A DNA stretch of 64,000 nt from Nitrospirota bacterium (GTDB taxonomy: Bacteria > Nitrospirota > Thermodesulfovibrionia > Thermodesulfovibrionales > UBA9159), in the NCBI GenBank assembly GCA_023475105.1, contig JAMCWJ010000030.1, positions 1,743 through 65,742 on the forward strand, in the 5' to 3' direction. Both the position numbers and the translations under genes were made by a program. The notes below the pieces were generated by a model. It was given only the letters and a program-made list of their open reading frames with translations, did not search any database and was not told where the DNA came from. Positions 38,941 through 49,712 of the stretch are shown here, piece by piece (position 1 is the first letter of the stretch; the number at the start of each line of letters is the position of its first letter).

Positions 38941-40077
38941 TCACCCCCTGAAAATGTCGAAGGGCTCTATCTTGATCACTTTTCTCACTCCTACATAGCT
39001 TGAAATGCCGGCTATGATGAGCACCATGACAAAGGCAAATCCGAGGTTTGTATAGGTTATCTCGGCTGCGTAACTCGGTAGCCTGAGTTTCGCAACGGCT
39101 ATTAAGAGAGAGGCCAGTCCTACACCAAGACCATAGCCGGTAAGGGCCGTAAAAGCCGCCTGGAACAGTATCATAGATACAAGTTCCTTCCCCTTGGCCC
39201 CTATCGCTTTTAACGCGCCGAACTTGTCGAGATTCTCCAGTATAAAGGTGTAGAAGGTCTGTCCGGAAATCGACAAACCGACGATGAAACTTATTACTGT
39301 CATCAACAACACATTCGTGCCGACACCTGTCTGGTACTTATAAAAATTGGCGACTTTCCGGTTAAATTCGTCTTTTGTCAGTGCTTCATACCCGAGCGCA
39401 GCCACCTGCTGTTTGATATACGGCACCGTATCGCTGCTCTTCGGTTCTACCATGATATACGAGGTGGTGTACCTCGTGGAGGGGATATATTGGATGGCTC
39501 TTTTGTATGTCGTATAAAGGGTCGGGACTCCGAACAATCCGCTTGTGGTGACCTTGGCGATCCCGACGATGATTCCCCGATGGTCGTTTAACTCAAATTC
39601 AGTGCCGAGTCCGGGATTCCCGAGCTTGGGGAACTCTGCATCCTTGACGACTATAAATGCATTTTCTGCAAAGATGTCCTCAATCTGTCCTTCTATGAGT
39701 TCCGGCCTGCCGTACAGACTGGCATCGTCCAGTCCTATGACGGTCACCGACTGATAGACACCGCTTCGAAGCTTTACAAGGGCCCCGCCTGAATACAAAC
39801 CCACGGCATACTTGACTCCGTTTATGCTCCGTACCGCATCTATCACATAATCCGGCATCGGGATACTGCTCGCCACAGTGTTCACCGCCGGGTCCATCAC
39901 CCAGACTTTGGCTCCTATGTTTGTTACGGTGGAAGATGACTTATGGAGAATACCTGCAAACATCGACGTCATCATTACGATCAGGAAGACCGCAAACGTG
40001 ATCCCCACAAGCAATGCCGCAAACTTGCCCTTATCGTTTACCAGGAGCTTGTACGCGATTTTTAGAATCCCTTTCAC
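38941..40077 (-). CDS. ABC transporter permease, FtsX/DevC type
   Basis: N-terminal TM, a large periplasmic domain, and a C-terminal 3-TM FtsX-like bundle (LKAIGAKGKELVSMILFQA..). Confidence 0.85.
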   Translation of the reverse strand: MKGILKIAYKLLVNDKGKFAALLVGITFAVFLIVMMTSMFAGILHKSSSTVTNIGAKVWVMDPAVNTVASSIPMPDYVIDAVRSINGVKYAVGLYSGGALVKLRSGVYQSVTVIGLDDASLYGRPELIEGQIEDIFAENAFIVVKDAEFPKLGNPGLGTEFELNDHRGIIVGIAKVTTSGLFGVPTLYTTYKRAIQYIPSTRYTTSYIMVEPKSSDTVPYIKQQVAALGYEALTKDEFNRKVANFYKYQTGVGTNVLLMTVISFIVGLSISGQTFYTFILENLDKFGALKAIGAKGKELVSMILFQAAFTALTGYGLGVGLASLLIAVAKLRLPSYAAEITYTNLGFAFVMVLIIAGISSYVGVRKVIKIEPFDIFRG

Positions 40078-41001
40078 CGATTGTCTCCCTGGTCTCCGAC
40101 AACAAAGGAACGGCGAGAATTATCAGCAAGGACCGGATGCTTTCGTGCCGCCTCTGCCCGCCGTCACGTGTCATTCATGACGGCACCGAGAGAAATATGC
40201 CGCAGGGAATGAAAGCAGTCGCGCAGCCTTTTCGAACTATCTCCTCATTCCGTCGCCGCCGCCTCTCGCTTTGCCGCCGGAAGCGGAAGGTGCTCTGCCG
40301 CCGCCCGGCGCACCGGAACGCGGCGTAAATGTCCTTCCGGCGCCGGGAGGTTGACTGTAAACCCTGTTTAAAGGAAACGGATTGACTCCACGGAAACTCC
40401 TCGTTGAGGGCCGGCTGATCGTTCTGGTCGAGCCTTTCTGAGGGCGAATCTCCCTCCCGCCAGGCACCCCTGACCCAAATCGCCCTCGCGTACTATCGGC
40501 GCTTCCACCGGAGGTGGCTGCGCGTGGCCCTCCTGAACGTAATCCCCAGCAACAGTACCATCACCGCAGCCACGGACAACGCTGACGCTTTGAAATCAGT
40601 TTCTCTCAAGTTTGATCACCTCTTTCTTCCCTTGTACACCAGAAACCCGAATTAGTCAACAAGGTGCCCTCCTGAGGAAGTCCCTGGCGTTTCTGCTGGA
40701 GAGCTGACTGTAACACGAGGAGAAGGAGAACTTCAGCCTGCTGTCTATTGCAGATATCAGATACCGCTTGATGCCCTGCGCAAAGAGATAGGAGCTGTCA
40801 GGCTGTATCCAAGGATTGCTTGAGAGGTCGTCTTCATATTTCCTTCACATGCACGCACTATAATGCAACATGACTGGATTGGAATCGTAGTCGTCTTCTC
40901 ATTTTGCCTGCTCAACATCATCGCGGCGGAACATACGGTATATGCGAACATCTTTCGAAAACCAAGCTGATGCAATGAGAAGCTCCATAAAGGAGGAAAT
41001 T

Positions 41002-42084
41002 ATGAATAGTGCCGTAATAGAGAATCCGTCACCGGAAATATGTGCCAACAAAATCTTTGAGATCAGCGGCACCAAACTTGACCCTGAAATCGCGGCGGAC
41101 TTGTGGCAACAAATATTGCAGCATAAGTGGCTTATGTCTGAAAAGCTCGGCCGCGATGTAGGCTTACGGACTGCATGCATCGACTTTCTCGAAAATATGG
41201 ATCAGGCCGTAAGGGAATATATGGACTATAAGCGAAGAGATATTTTAGTTGAGATGGGGGCTCAAAGGATCAGTAGAGAAATATGGGATACGATATCTGA
41301 TTCTCAGCCTCCGAAGCAGTTAGTTCACCGGAGAATTATTCTTCCCCTGATCGAAGAGGGCCTTTCACAAAAGCACGGCGTTACGCCCCCGAAGACCATC
41401 GTCTTCTTTGGCCCCCCGGGTACCGGGAAAACTCATTTTGTAAAGGCAATAGCAGGTGTCCTGTCATGGTGGTACATCGAGATTTTGCCCAGCATGCTTA
41501 TGGTGGACGGCATAGAAAGGATAGGCGCCAATCTGCACAATGTAATGGAAAAGGCGAGAAATCTGGAAGATGCCGTTATCTTTGTTGATGAGTTTGAAGA
41601 AATCGCCGGCAGCCGAGATGCAGCCACCCGGATTGACAAATCCATTACAAATGAATTCCTCAAACAGGTTCCCCTCCTCAAGAACCAGGGAAATAAAGTG
41701 TTATTCGTATGTGCGACCAACTATATCAGGCAGTTGGATGCCGCACTGCTCCGGCCGGGAAGGTTTGATTGTATTATTCCCGTTGGGGCTCTCGATGAAG
41801 ACGGGAGAAGGACCATTCTCGAACAATACCTCTCCAAGCTCAATACGGAGAACGTCGATCTCAATCTCGTTGTGAAGATGACGTCCCGATATACTCCCGC
41901 GGATATCGAATATCTCTTCCAGCAGGTAGCTCAATTCGCTTTTGAGCAGGAACATTTCAGTAAGCAGGATTATCGGGTGACTACGGACACCTTTATTCAG
42001 ATTTTGCCGAGCATTCGTCCCTCTCTGAGCGACGAGATTATTGAAGAGTTTCAGAAGGACAGCATCACGTATTCGCGAACCTGA
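41002..42084 (+). CDS. AAA+ ATPase (classical Cdc48/FtsH-clade module) with N-terminal DUF4032-like domain
   Basis: RBS AAGGAGG precedes ATG 41002. N-terminus WQQILQHKWLMSEKLGRDVGLRTACIDFLEN. Walker A FFGPPGTGKTH. Walker B VIFVDEFEEI. Second region of homology ATNYIRQLDAALLRPGRFD. Confidence 0.8.
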   Translation: MNSAVIENPSPEICANKIFEISGTKLDPEIAADLWQQILQHKWLMSEKLGRDVGLRTACIDFLENMDQAVREYMDYKRRDILVEMGAQRISREIWDTISDSQPPKQLVHRRIILPLIEEGLSQKHGVTPPKTIVFFGPPGTGKTHFVKAIAGVLSWWYIEILPSMLMVDGIERIGANLHNVMEKARNLEDAVIFVDEFEEIAGSRDAATRIDKSITNEFLKQVPLLKNQGNKVLFVCATNYIRQLDAALLRPGRFDCIIPVGALDEDGRRTILEQYLSKLNTENVDLNLVVKMTSRYTPADIEYLFQQVAQFAFEQEHFSKQDYRVTTDTFIQILPSIRPSLSDEIIEEFQKDSITYSRT

Positions 42085-42152
42085 GAAGTTGCGTCTCCCT
42101 CATTTCAAGAACCTGGCACGGAATAGAGTGGGCTTACCTCAACGGCTTGACT

Positions 42153-43076
42153 TTAATCATTTTTTGGTTCGGGCGAAGAGCAGAGGGATGTCCTGCCTAT
42201 CAAGACAGAAGTTCTTGAATGTGTCAGGATGTTTCTTGAAACACTTCCCATTGCGCGCTGGATTCCACTCAAGCCCCGGCAACCGACCACTATTATGTCC
42301 GTTTGCATTGCCTCGGATATTCTCAATATTTCCTTCGAGGGATCTCCATCCGCCGACAAAACATGTATCCCATCGAAACGTCTTTTCAGATGTTCTCGAG
42401 CCTCTTCAATAATCCTTTCAGAGTTCTCGCGCTCAGCCGCTCTTCCTCGCTCCGCCACCTCTCTGAACTTTTCCCCTATGAGCGGAATATGTTTAAGGAG
42501 TATATCGGACATTGCGGGCCAGATCACGTTCACAACTGTCATGTCCGTGTTTGCCGAAAAAGGCATTTCAGATAAAAAGTTAGCAGCCGCAAGAGAATGG
42601 GCAGAGCCGTCGGTAGCAAAAAGGATTCTAAGATTCCTCAATTTACTACACCCGGGAGGTTTAGAGATGAGGACAGGTCTTGACGCATCCAGAGCCACAG
42701 CATTTGTCACACTTCCGATGAACAATGATTCAATGCCCTTGATCCCTCTTGCCCCCATGGCAATCAGGTCGACGTCGGCAGCAGCTGCCGCATCGACTAT
42801 GCATTGCTCAGGGAGGCCTTCCTTTACCAAAGTGCTAATTCTTGCGCCAAGAGGTTTAACAATCCCCAGGGCGGCGTCAATTACCCTCGTCGCGATTTCT
42901 TTCTTTTTCTGGTTGATGGTATCTATATAAGACTTCGCATCTATATAATCATGGGGTATCCAAAACAGAGCATGCAAAACAATGATTTCGTCATCGGAAG
43001 ACAAATTCAGGCATGACAGTAATCTGGCCGCCAACGCCGAGTATTCAGATCCGTCAGTCGCAAGCAATATTTTCAA
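42153..43076 (-). CDS. tandem-domain universal stress protein
   Basis: MKILLATDGSEYS...DLIAMGARG...; the second domain has ILFATDGSAHS...IIVVGCRGLSG. Confidence 0.9.
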   Translation of the reverse strand: MKILLATDGSEYSALAARLLSCLNLSSDDEIIVLHALFWIPHDYIDAKSYIDTINQKKKEIATRVIDAALGIVKPLGARISTLVKEGLPEQCIVDAAAAADVDLIAMGARGIKGIESLFIGSVTNAVALDASRPVLISKPPGCSKLRNLRILFATDGSAHSLAAANFLSEMPFSANTDMTVVNVIWPAMSDILLKHIPLIGEKFREVAERGRAAERENSERIIEEAREHLKRRFDGIHVLSADGDPSKEILRISEAMQTDIIVVGCRGLSGIQRAMGSVSRNILTHSRTSVLIGRTSLCSSPEPKND

Positions 43077-43292
43077 TTGCTTTCACCGTATAAGACTCTT
43101 CAATGTCGATCAAATTATCTCAGAACTTGAAGCCGGTTTCAAGCGGAAAGATCGGAAAGATGAAGCTGCTCCGAGAAGCGACTCGGGCAAAAAGACAGGA
43201 GAAAGTGCCGATGCAGGTGCGGCAGGCGTCTGCTCCCCGGCAATGCAAGGCGTCCGCAGTGACCTGCCGCGCAATCTCCAGACCTTTTATCC

Positions 43293-44168
43293 CTAATTGA
43301 TTATGTTTGGATATAGCTTTGCGGCCAACGTGATAAGTAATGCAAAAATAGCCAGCAGCACAGCAAAATCGGAGACCAATCCGAATATGCTCTGTCCCCC
43401 CTCAATCATAGCGCTTCTGATCGCATCTATTTGATAGGTAAGGGGGTTCATCCTGGAGATGGTGCGCAACCAGGATGGCATAAGGCTTAATGGATAAATG
43501 GCATTACTGGTGAAAAAAAGCGGCATGGTCAATACCTGACCGATTCCCATGAAACGTTCCCGCGTCTTGACAATGCACGCTGCTATCAGGGAAAATGTCG
43601 CAAAGATCGCAGATCCCGTCATAACGGCCAGGAGAACCGTTGCAGTATTACTGAGACCAAGACGCAGATGAACGCCGAGTAGAAGAGCAAGAACGTAGAC
43701 GATGACGGCTTGTGACAAGCCTCTGACGCCTGCAGAAAGCGCTCTGCCCAGCACTAAAGCGTAGCGGGAAGCAGGGCTGACCAGAAATTTTTGTAAAATC
43801 CCAAGGTCGCGTTCCCATATGACCGATATGCCATAGAATATGGCGATAAAGAGAACACTCTGAGCTAAAATCCCCGGCGCGATGAAATCGAGATAGGGAA
43901 CTCCTCCTGTCGGAATTACATGCGCGTGGGCGAATACCTGGCCGAAGACCAGCAGCCACAATACTGGTTGCGTCATCCTCGTCAGCAGCTCAAGGGGATC
44001 GTGACTCAGCTTGCGGATATCGGTTTCAGCAACCGCGAAAGTCTGCCGCCAAAAATCCGCTAAACGATCCACATTATTCCACGCGCTCCGCCGTGTGGCG
44101 GGTTCTTGCGGCATCTCTGTAATCTCCTCTTTCTTCGATCGACGTCCCCGTGCATTGAATGAAAACAT
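43293..44168 (-). CDS. ABC-2 type transporter permease
   Basis: Six hydrophobic helices. DIRKLSHDPLELLTRMTQPVLWLLVFG is typical of ABC-2/DrrB-like permeases. The start may instead be 44114 (MPQEP). Confidence 0.85.
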   Translation of the reverse strand: MFSFNARGRRSKKEEITEMPQEPATRRSAWNNVDRLADFWRQTFAVAETDIRKLSHDPLELLTRMTQPVLWLLVFGQVFAHAHVIPTGGVPYLDFIAPGILAQSVLFIAIFYGISVIWERDLGILQKFLVSPASRYALVLGRALSAGVRGLSQAVIVYVLALLLGVHLRLGLSNTATVLLAVMTGSAIFATFSLIAACIVKTRERFMGIGQVLTMPLFFTSNAIYPLSLMPSWLRTISRMNPLTYQIDAIRSAMIEGGQSIFGLVSDFAVLLAIFALLITLAAKLYPNIIN

Positions 44169-44948
44169 CGTCCAGAGTTGCCTCAGCTCCCAGGGTACTC
44201 TTGAGTCTGGCCGGAGAATCCAGTGCCACTATGCGACTCTGGTGCATAAATGCGACATTCTCGCAGAGCCTGTCAGCTTCCTCCATATCGTGAGTTGTCA
44301 TGAAAATAGTGGTCCCGAATTCCTGACGCAGATTGCGGATGCGCTGCCATACTGAGTGCTTAGCGACGGGATCGAGTCCGACAGTCGGCTCGTCAAGGAA
44401 AAGCACCGCCGGCCGGTGCAACATGGCCTGGGCGACTTCCAATCGCCTGATCATCCCCCCCGAATAATGGCTCACCAGTCTGGAGGCAACGTGAGAGAGT
44501 TCCATGAAATCAAGGGCTTGTCTTATAACTTTCTTTCTTTCCATGCGTGAGATTCCATACAACTTTGCCGAGATCAGGAGATTTTCGTAGCCTGTCAATT
44601 CTCCGTCGGCTGAGAGCATCTGTGAAACATAGCCAATATTTCGCCTGACTTCCCGCGCCTGCCGGAGATATCAAAACCGGCCACTCGTGCGGTACCAATA
44701 GTCGGTCTCAGCAAAGTTGTCAACATCTTGATAGTAGTGCTTTTCCCCGCTCCATTTGTCCCCAGTAAACCGAATATCGAACCGGCAGCAATCGTTACAT
44801 TCAGATCATCCACGGCGAGCAAAGAACCGAAACGGCGTGAGAGACCGAAGGTTTCGACGGAAATGACGTCTGCCGGCAAGATGTGGCTTTGATTCGCTGA
44901 CTTGTCGGAGGAATTCACTTGCACATCTTGCCGATCAAAACAGAGCAT
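44074..44948 (-). CDS. ABC transporter ATP-binding protein (DrrA-like), interrupted by a frameshift near 44650-44668
   Basis: The N-terminal part carries Walker A GTNGAGKSTTIKML..VAGFDISGRR. The next frame reads AREVRRNIGYVSQMLSADGELTGYENL...SGGMIRRLEVAQAML...LFLDEPTVGLD. Confidence 0.85.
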
Positions 44949-45811
44949 TTCGCATGGGTAAGCACGTTTCTCGATACGCTCCCCATTATTCCCTTGAGCC
45001 CTCTCAGGCCTCTGCAGCCGACTGCTATGATATCGCTCTTGAGTGTCTCAGATACTCTCAATATTTCCGTTGAAGGGTCTCCGACTTCGGAGAGGACTTC
45101 TATTTTCTTGAATCTCTTGCTCAGATGTTCCCGGGCCAGCTCGGCGACACGTTCAGAATTCCTGAATTCCATTTCGCGTTCCCGAGCCTCGATCTCCATA
45201 ATGTGTTCATTTATTCCAGGATGCAAGACCTCCGGAATATTCAAGGAAAATGGCGCCGAGATCACGTTAAGGATCGCTATTTCGGTATTGTCCGGAAAAG
45301 GAAGTTCGGATAGGAATGCCCCGGTATCGGCTGCGCTATCAGATCCGTCGGTAGCAAAAAGTATTTTAAGCCGAACCGGACTGCCGCACCCGGGCCGTTT
45401 TATGACCAAAACCGGTTTCGATGAATTATGGGCGACTGATCTCGTCACGCTCCCGATGAAGAGCGATTTTATCCCCTTGATGCCCCTTGCACCCATGACG
45501 ATCAAATCCATACCGGATGAGTCGGCCGCCTCAACAATGCATTGTTCGGGAGTGTCTTCTTCAATAGCGGTGCTTATCTTCGCCTTCGCTGACTTCAGAA
45601 TAGCAAAAGCAGTATCAAGGATCTTTGGTGCTATTTCCCGCTTAATTTCTTTCAGCGTTTCGTAATAATATTCCCTTTCGTAGTAAAGTGGATACCAGTG
45701 TATGACATGAAAAACAGTAATTTCGTCATCGGGTGATAAATTCAGACATGACAAAAATCGGGTTGCCAACTCTGAGTATTCCGAGCCGTCTGTGGCAAGT
45801 AAAATTTTCAT
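44915..45811 (-). CDS. tandem-domain universal stress protein (paralog of 42153..43076)
   Basis: MKILLATDGSEYSELATRFLSCLNLSPDDEITVFH...DLIVMGARG...ILFATDGSDS...IIAVGCRGLRG. Confidence 0.9.
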   Translation of the reverse strand: MKILLATDGSEYSELATRFLSCLNLSPDDEITVFHVIHWYPLYYEREYYYETLKEIKREIAPKILDTAFAILKSAKAKISTAIEEDTPEQCIVEAADSSGMDLIVMGARGIKGIKSLFIGSVTRSVAHNSSKPVLVIKRPGCGSPVRLKILFATDGSDSAADTGAFLSELPFPDNTEIAILNVISAPFSLNIPEVLHPGINEHIMEIEAREREMEFRNSERVAELAREHLSKRFKKIEVLSEVGDPSTEILRVSETLKSDIIAVGCRGLRGLKGIMGSVSRNVLTHAKCSVLIGKMCK

Positions 45812-45901
45812 AAGAATCAATCCCTGTTAAGAGAAACATAGCACCTATCGGATCGAAATGCAAATACCTCCGGAAAAAAGTGCGGAAAGCAAACTCACTT
45901 C

Positions 45902-46666
45902 TCACAGACCCACGATCATGCGGAGAAGACGCTTCCGCGTCGGGATGAAGCCGAGGGCAAAGTCTTTCCCCACTGACTGCGGGCTGACATAGGTACCGAA
46001 CATCCTGTCCCAGACGGTCAGGATAAACCCGAGGTTCTTGTTCGAGAGTCCCCGTGCCCCGTGATGGACCCTGTGATAGTCGGGAGTGATAAAAACCTCC
46101 TGCAGGGGCCCCAGGTCCACCCGGATGTTCGCGTGGATCCAGATGTTCACCACCACCCCCAGAGAGAACGCCACGCCTGCCTCCCATGGAGCAAGTTTCA
46201 GGAAGGAGTAGGCGATTATTGTTTGAGGAACGGCGAAGAGAAAGAGATGCGTCACGCTGGTCCTCGACCCTGAAAGCCACCAGAGCTGTTCTATCGAATG
46301 GTGGAAGGTGTGAGTGCGCCACAGGAGAGGGCGATGCATGGCCCTGTGGACCCAGTAGAGACAGAAGTCGGCAAGGACGATCCCCAGGAGTATCTTCAGC
46401 ATGCCCGGGAGATTGCGGACACCGGCAAGGGCATGGACTCCTCCCGGCTTGAATACATTCAAGCCGCTCTTGAGAGTGACTTTCGATGTTTCCCCCGCAA
46501 CGATCACGACGAGCAGGGCGAGAATGTTCAGGGACAGCTGCCGTCTCCTGTCCACCGCGTGTCCGGGGCGGCGACGCTCCAGGAAGTCAATAAACAGAAC
46601 GATGACAACGAGCGTGATGATCTGATAGATCTGCTCTCTTCCTCCCATAGTAGAAGTATGGCACAA
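45902..46666 (-). CDS. fatty acid hydroxylase / sterol desaturase superfamily membrane protein
   Basis: Histidine boxes HRAMHRP, HTFHHS and HRVHHG within a polytopic membrane protein. Confidence 0.8.
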   Translation of the reverse strand: MCHTSTMGGREQIYQIITLVVIVLFIDFLERRRPGHAVDRRRQLSLNILALLVVIVAGETSKVTLKSGLNVFKPGGVHALAGVRNLPGMLKILLGIVLADFCLYWVHRAMHRPLLWRTHTFHHSIEQLWWLSGSRTSVTHLFLFAVPQTIIAYSFLKLAPWEAGVAFSLGVVVNIWIHANIRVDLGPLQEVFITPDYHRVHHGARGLSNKNLGFILTVWDRMFGTYVSPQSVGKDFALGFIPTRKRLLRMIVGL

Positions 46667-46737
46667 AACCGGTTTCAGTGCATCTCATGGCCCAGATCGC
46701 AGGAACAGCGGAGGTTCGTGCGGCGCAGGCCGGCACT

Positions 46738-47553
46738 TCATGGGGAACTCCGGTCTCTCAGGTTGCGGACGATTTCCGCGCCGACCAGGAAGATGGTCGA
46801 CGAATAAAATACCCAGAGGAGAAGGATGACGAATGTCGAGAGGGACCCGTAGATGGCGCCGTACCGGCCCGCAGCGGTGACGACGTAGAGGGTAAAGGGG
46901 TGTCTCGCGACTTCGAGGAAGACCGCCGTGAAAAGGCCTCCCCCAAAGGCATGGCTCAGCAATACCTTCTTCAGGGGCAGGAATTTGTACAGGGCGGTCG
47001 TGATGAAGAGAACGAGGAATACCGGTATGACGAACTGCACGAAGGAGGCGGTTATCCCGCTGATCTTCAGCGAGGGGAAGACCTCCAGAAGCGACTGGAG
47101 CATCCGTACCGCCGATGTCGCCGCGAAGGACATGACGATCAGCGCGGCGATCAGGGTCACGATAAGAAAGGAAGAGACGACCGACGTGAGCAGCGGCTGT
47201 CTCTTTTTCTGCCGGAAAATGACACGGGTCGCCTCTTCCAGGGCCATGTAGAATTGATAGGAAAAGTAGGCATAAATGACGAACGTGACTATGCCGATCT
47301 TTCTGTACGAAATCAGGGAGGTCAGCTGTTTCGTGATTTCCGGGACCGCGGCAGGAAAAAACATGGCCAGCCGGGCCGAAAAGAAATGGTAGAAACCTCC
47401 GCTTTCCCCGAGAAAATATCCGAAGATCGCGACGAGCATGAGGCTGAAGGGAATGAATGACATAAGGAAGAAATAGGCGACGGCCCCTGCAAGGAGCGGA
47501 CCGCCGTCCCTGAAAAAGTCAATGAAGCTCCTGAAAATCAATTTCACGGCCAT
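46738..47553 (-). CDS. YihY/BrkB family membrane protein
   Basis: FFRDGGPLLAGAVAYFFLMSFIPF...YGAIYGSLSTFVILLLWVFYSSTIFLVGAEI. Confidence 0.85.
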   Translation of the reverse strand: MAVKLIFRSFIDFFRDGGPLLAGAVAYFFLMSFIPFSLMLVAIFGYFLGESGGFYHFFSARLAMFFPAAVPEITKQLTSLISYRKIGIVTFVIYAYFSYQFYMALEEATRVIFRQKKRQPLLTSVVSSFLIVTLIAALIVMSFAATSAVRMLQSLLEVFPSLKISGITASFVQFVIPVFLVLFITTALYKFLPLKKVLLSHAFGGGLFTAVFLEVARHPFTLYVVTAAGRYGAIYGSLSTFVILLLWVFYSSTIFLVGAEIVRNLRDRSSP

Positions 47554-47720
47554 TCTCCGTCTGCTGGTTTTTCTCTTTCCTTTATATCATAAAACAAGAG
47601 CGTAAGAAAACCGGGAAAGGGAATGGTGTCGCTGCAAAAGGATGGCGACGTAGTTGTCGTTGTCGGCTTTTCTTGATTTTGCCCATTCGCCTTTGCTATT
47701 ATACACGCTGTTTTTTTAAC

Positions 47721-49711
47721 ATGGACCCTGAAACGTTTCTCTATATAGGCGTCGGTTGTTTTCTTCTCGGAGCGGTTCTGCCCCTGCCTCCGCTCCGGAA
47801 GATCACAAGTCTGTGCTATATCCTCCCGGCGGCCGGCGCCCTCAATCTCCTGGTCTACGGGCTCCTTCTCATATTCTTTCCTCCTGCGACCGTCGGTTCT
47901 TTTCCTATCTCGTCTGTTTTTGAGTTCCTCTTCTCAGGAGATGCGATATCCGGATTCTTTGTCGTCGTGATTTCGGTCCTGACCTTCAGTGCGTCGTTAT
48001 TTTCCATTGGGTATACCGGCGAAATGAAGAACCAGGGTCTGATGGGCTTTCTCTTCAGCCTTTTTGTCCTGAGCATGCTGGCGGTCGTAACAGCCGGCAA
48101 TATCATTACGTTCCTCATATCCTGGGAGACGATGTCCCTCATCTCCTATTTTCTTGTGACGATTGACAGAGACAAAGAGTCTGAAAAGGCGGGCCTCGTC
48201 TATGCAGTGATGACGCACATCGGGACAGCTTTCATAATTTGCTCTTTTCTTCTCCTTTACTCATATACGGGGCGGATGGATTTCTCCGGGATGAAGGATG
48301 CCGCGGAGCAGATACCCCTCGAAATAAAATCGCTCGTCTTCATTTTTTCGGTAATCGGCTTTGGTACCAAGGCAGGGATAATCCCGCTCCATACATGGCT
48401 TCCGAGGGCGCATCCCGCGGCCCCGTCCAACGTTTCCGCCCTGATGTCCGGGGTTATGATAAAAACGGGGATTTACGGCCTTGTGAGGATAGCCGTGGAC
48501 CTGCTGGGACCCGGCCCTGAGTGGTGGGGAATTGCAGTGCTTGTGATCGGCGCGGTCTCTTCAGTCCTTGGAGTGCTTTACGCATTAATGGAACATGACA
48601 TAAAGAGACTTCTGGCTTACCACAGCGTCGAAAACATCGGCATTATCCTTCTTGGTATCGGAGCCGCCATGATGTTCAGGAGCAGCGGCCTGTATAATCT
48701 GGCGGCCATAGCGCTCATTGCAGGGTTCTATCACACGCTCAATCACGCTGTTTTTAAAGGGCTCCTGTTTCTCGGCGCGGGTTCGGTGATGCATTCAACG
48801 CATAGAAAGAACATGGATGAAATGGGGGGCTGATAAAGACAATGCCCTGGACCGGGTTGTTCTTTCTTATAGGCTCGGTTTCGATCTGCGCACTGCCTCC
48901 TTTTAACGGGTTTGTGAGCGAGTGGCTGACCTTCCAATCGCTTCTCCTCGGTTTCTCATCTCCCTCCATAACTTCAAAAATAGTATCGCCGCTTGGCGGG
49001 GCCGCGCTGGCGCTCACCGGCGCGCTCGCTGCCGCATGTTTCGTCAAGGCGTTCGGCATATCATTCCTCGGGACGGCAAGAAGTCATCATGCTGAGAAAG
49101 CAAGAGAGGCGTCTCCCTCGATGATAGCGGGCATGGCTGTTTTGGCCCTCCTCTGTCTCCTTCTCGGCCTGTTTCCGGGCCCGGTGGTGACGCTGCTTTC
49201 ACCCGCCGCGTATATTCTTGCCGGCGCCGACGGCACGATCTCTTCAGGCGCGTTCCTTTATATCGGCGAAACCGCTGCGGGCATTTCTCCGGCCCTCATA
49301 CTGATTGCGATTGTGATAATGTCTGTGGCTACACTTGCCTTTATCCTTACGGTGGGCGGAAGGAGAAAATTGACTTACGGGGCTTCCTGGGACTGCGGTG
49401 TCCCGGCGCTGACTCCGAGGATGCAATATACTGCAACGGCCTTTACGAAACCCGTCCGGATGATATTCAAGAAAATTTACCTGCCGCGAAGGGAATTGAA
49501 GGTCTCCTACATACTGAAACCTTTCTTTGTAAGGTCCATAAAATACAGCGGCGAGATAACCCCCTTTTTTGAAAGGTTCTTCTACGAGCCGGCTACGGCC
49601 CTTATTTACAAGATAGCTGAGAGAGTGAGACCTCTCCAGTCGGGAAGTCTCCATCTTTATCTCGGATACATGCTGATAACCCTGATACTCCTTCTCATAT
49701 TCGGGAGCTGA
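47721..49711 (+). CDS. NuoL/HyfB/HycC-like antiporter-type subunit, split by a 1-nt frameshift at a G6 run (48824-48829)
   Basis: ISWETMSLISYFLV...GTKAGIIPLHTWLPRAHPAAPSNVSALMSGVMIKTGIYG...LLAYHSVENIG..., ending ..NMDEMGG*. One frame over, LIKTMPWTGLFFLIGSVSICALPPFNGFVSEW continues colinearly. Confidence 0.85.
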
Positions 49712-49712
49712 A

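Noticed and set aside
40168-40620. The region upstream of the efflux operon has all three minus-strand frames open. It includes a 38-codon TM peptide (TTG start after AAGAAAGAGG) followed in frame by TAG and ~105 more open codons. It also includes a Gly/Arg/Pro-rich 76-aa ORF (40237..40467).
   Set aside because: I could not decide which frame, if any, is coding. There is no recognisable family, and the composition is low-complexity. It could be a frameshifted small secreted protein or non-coding DNA, so it is left unannotated.
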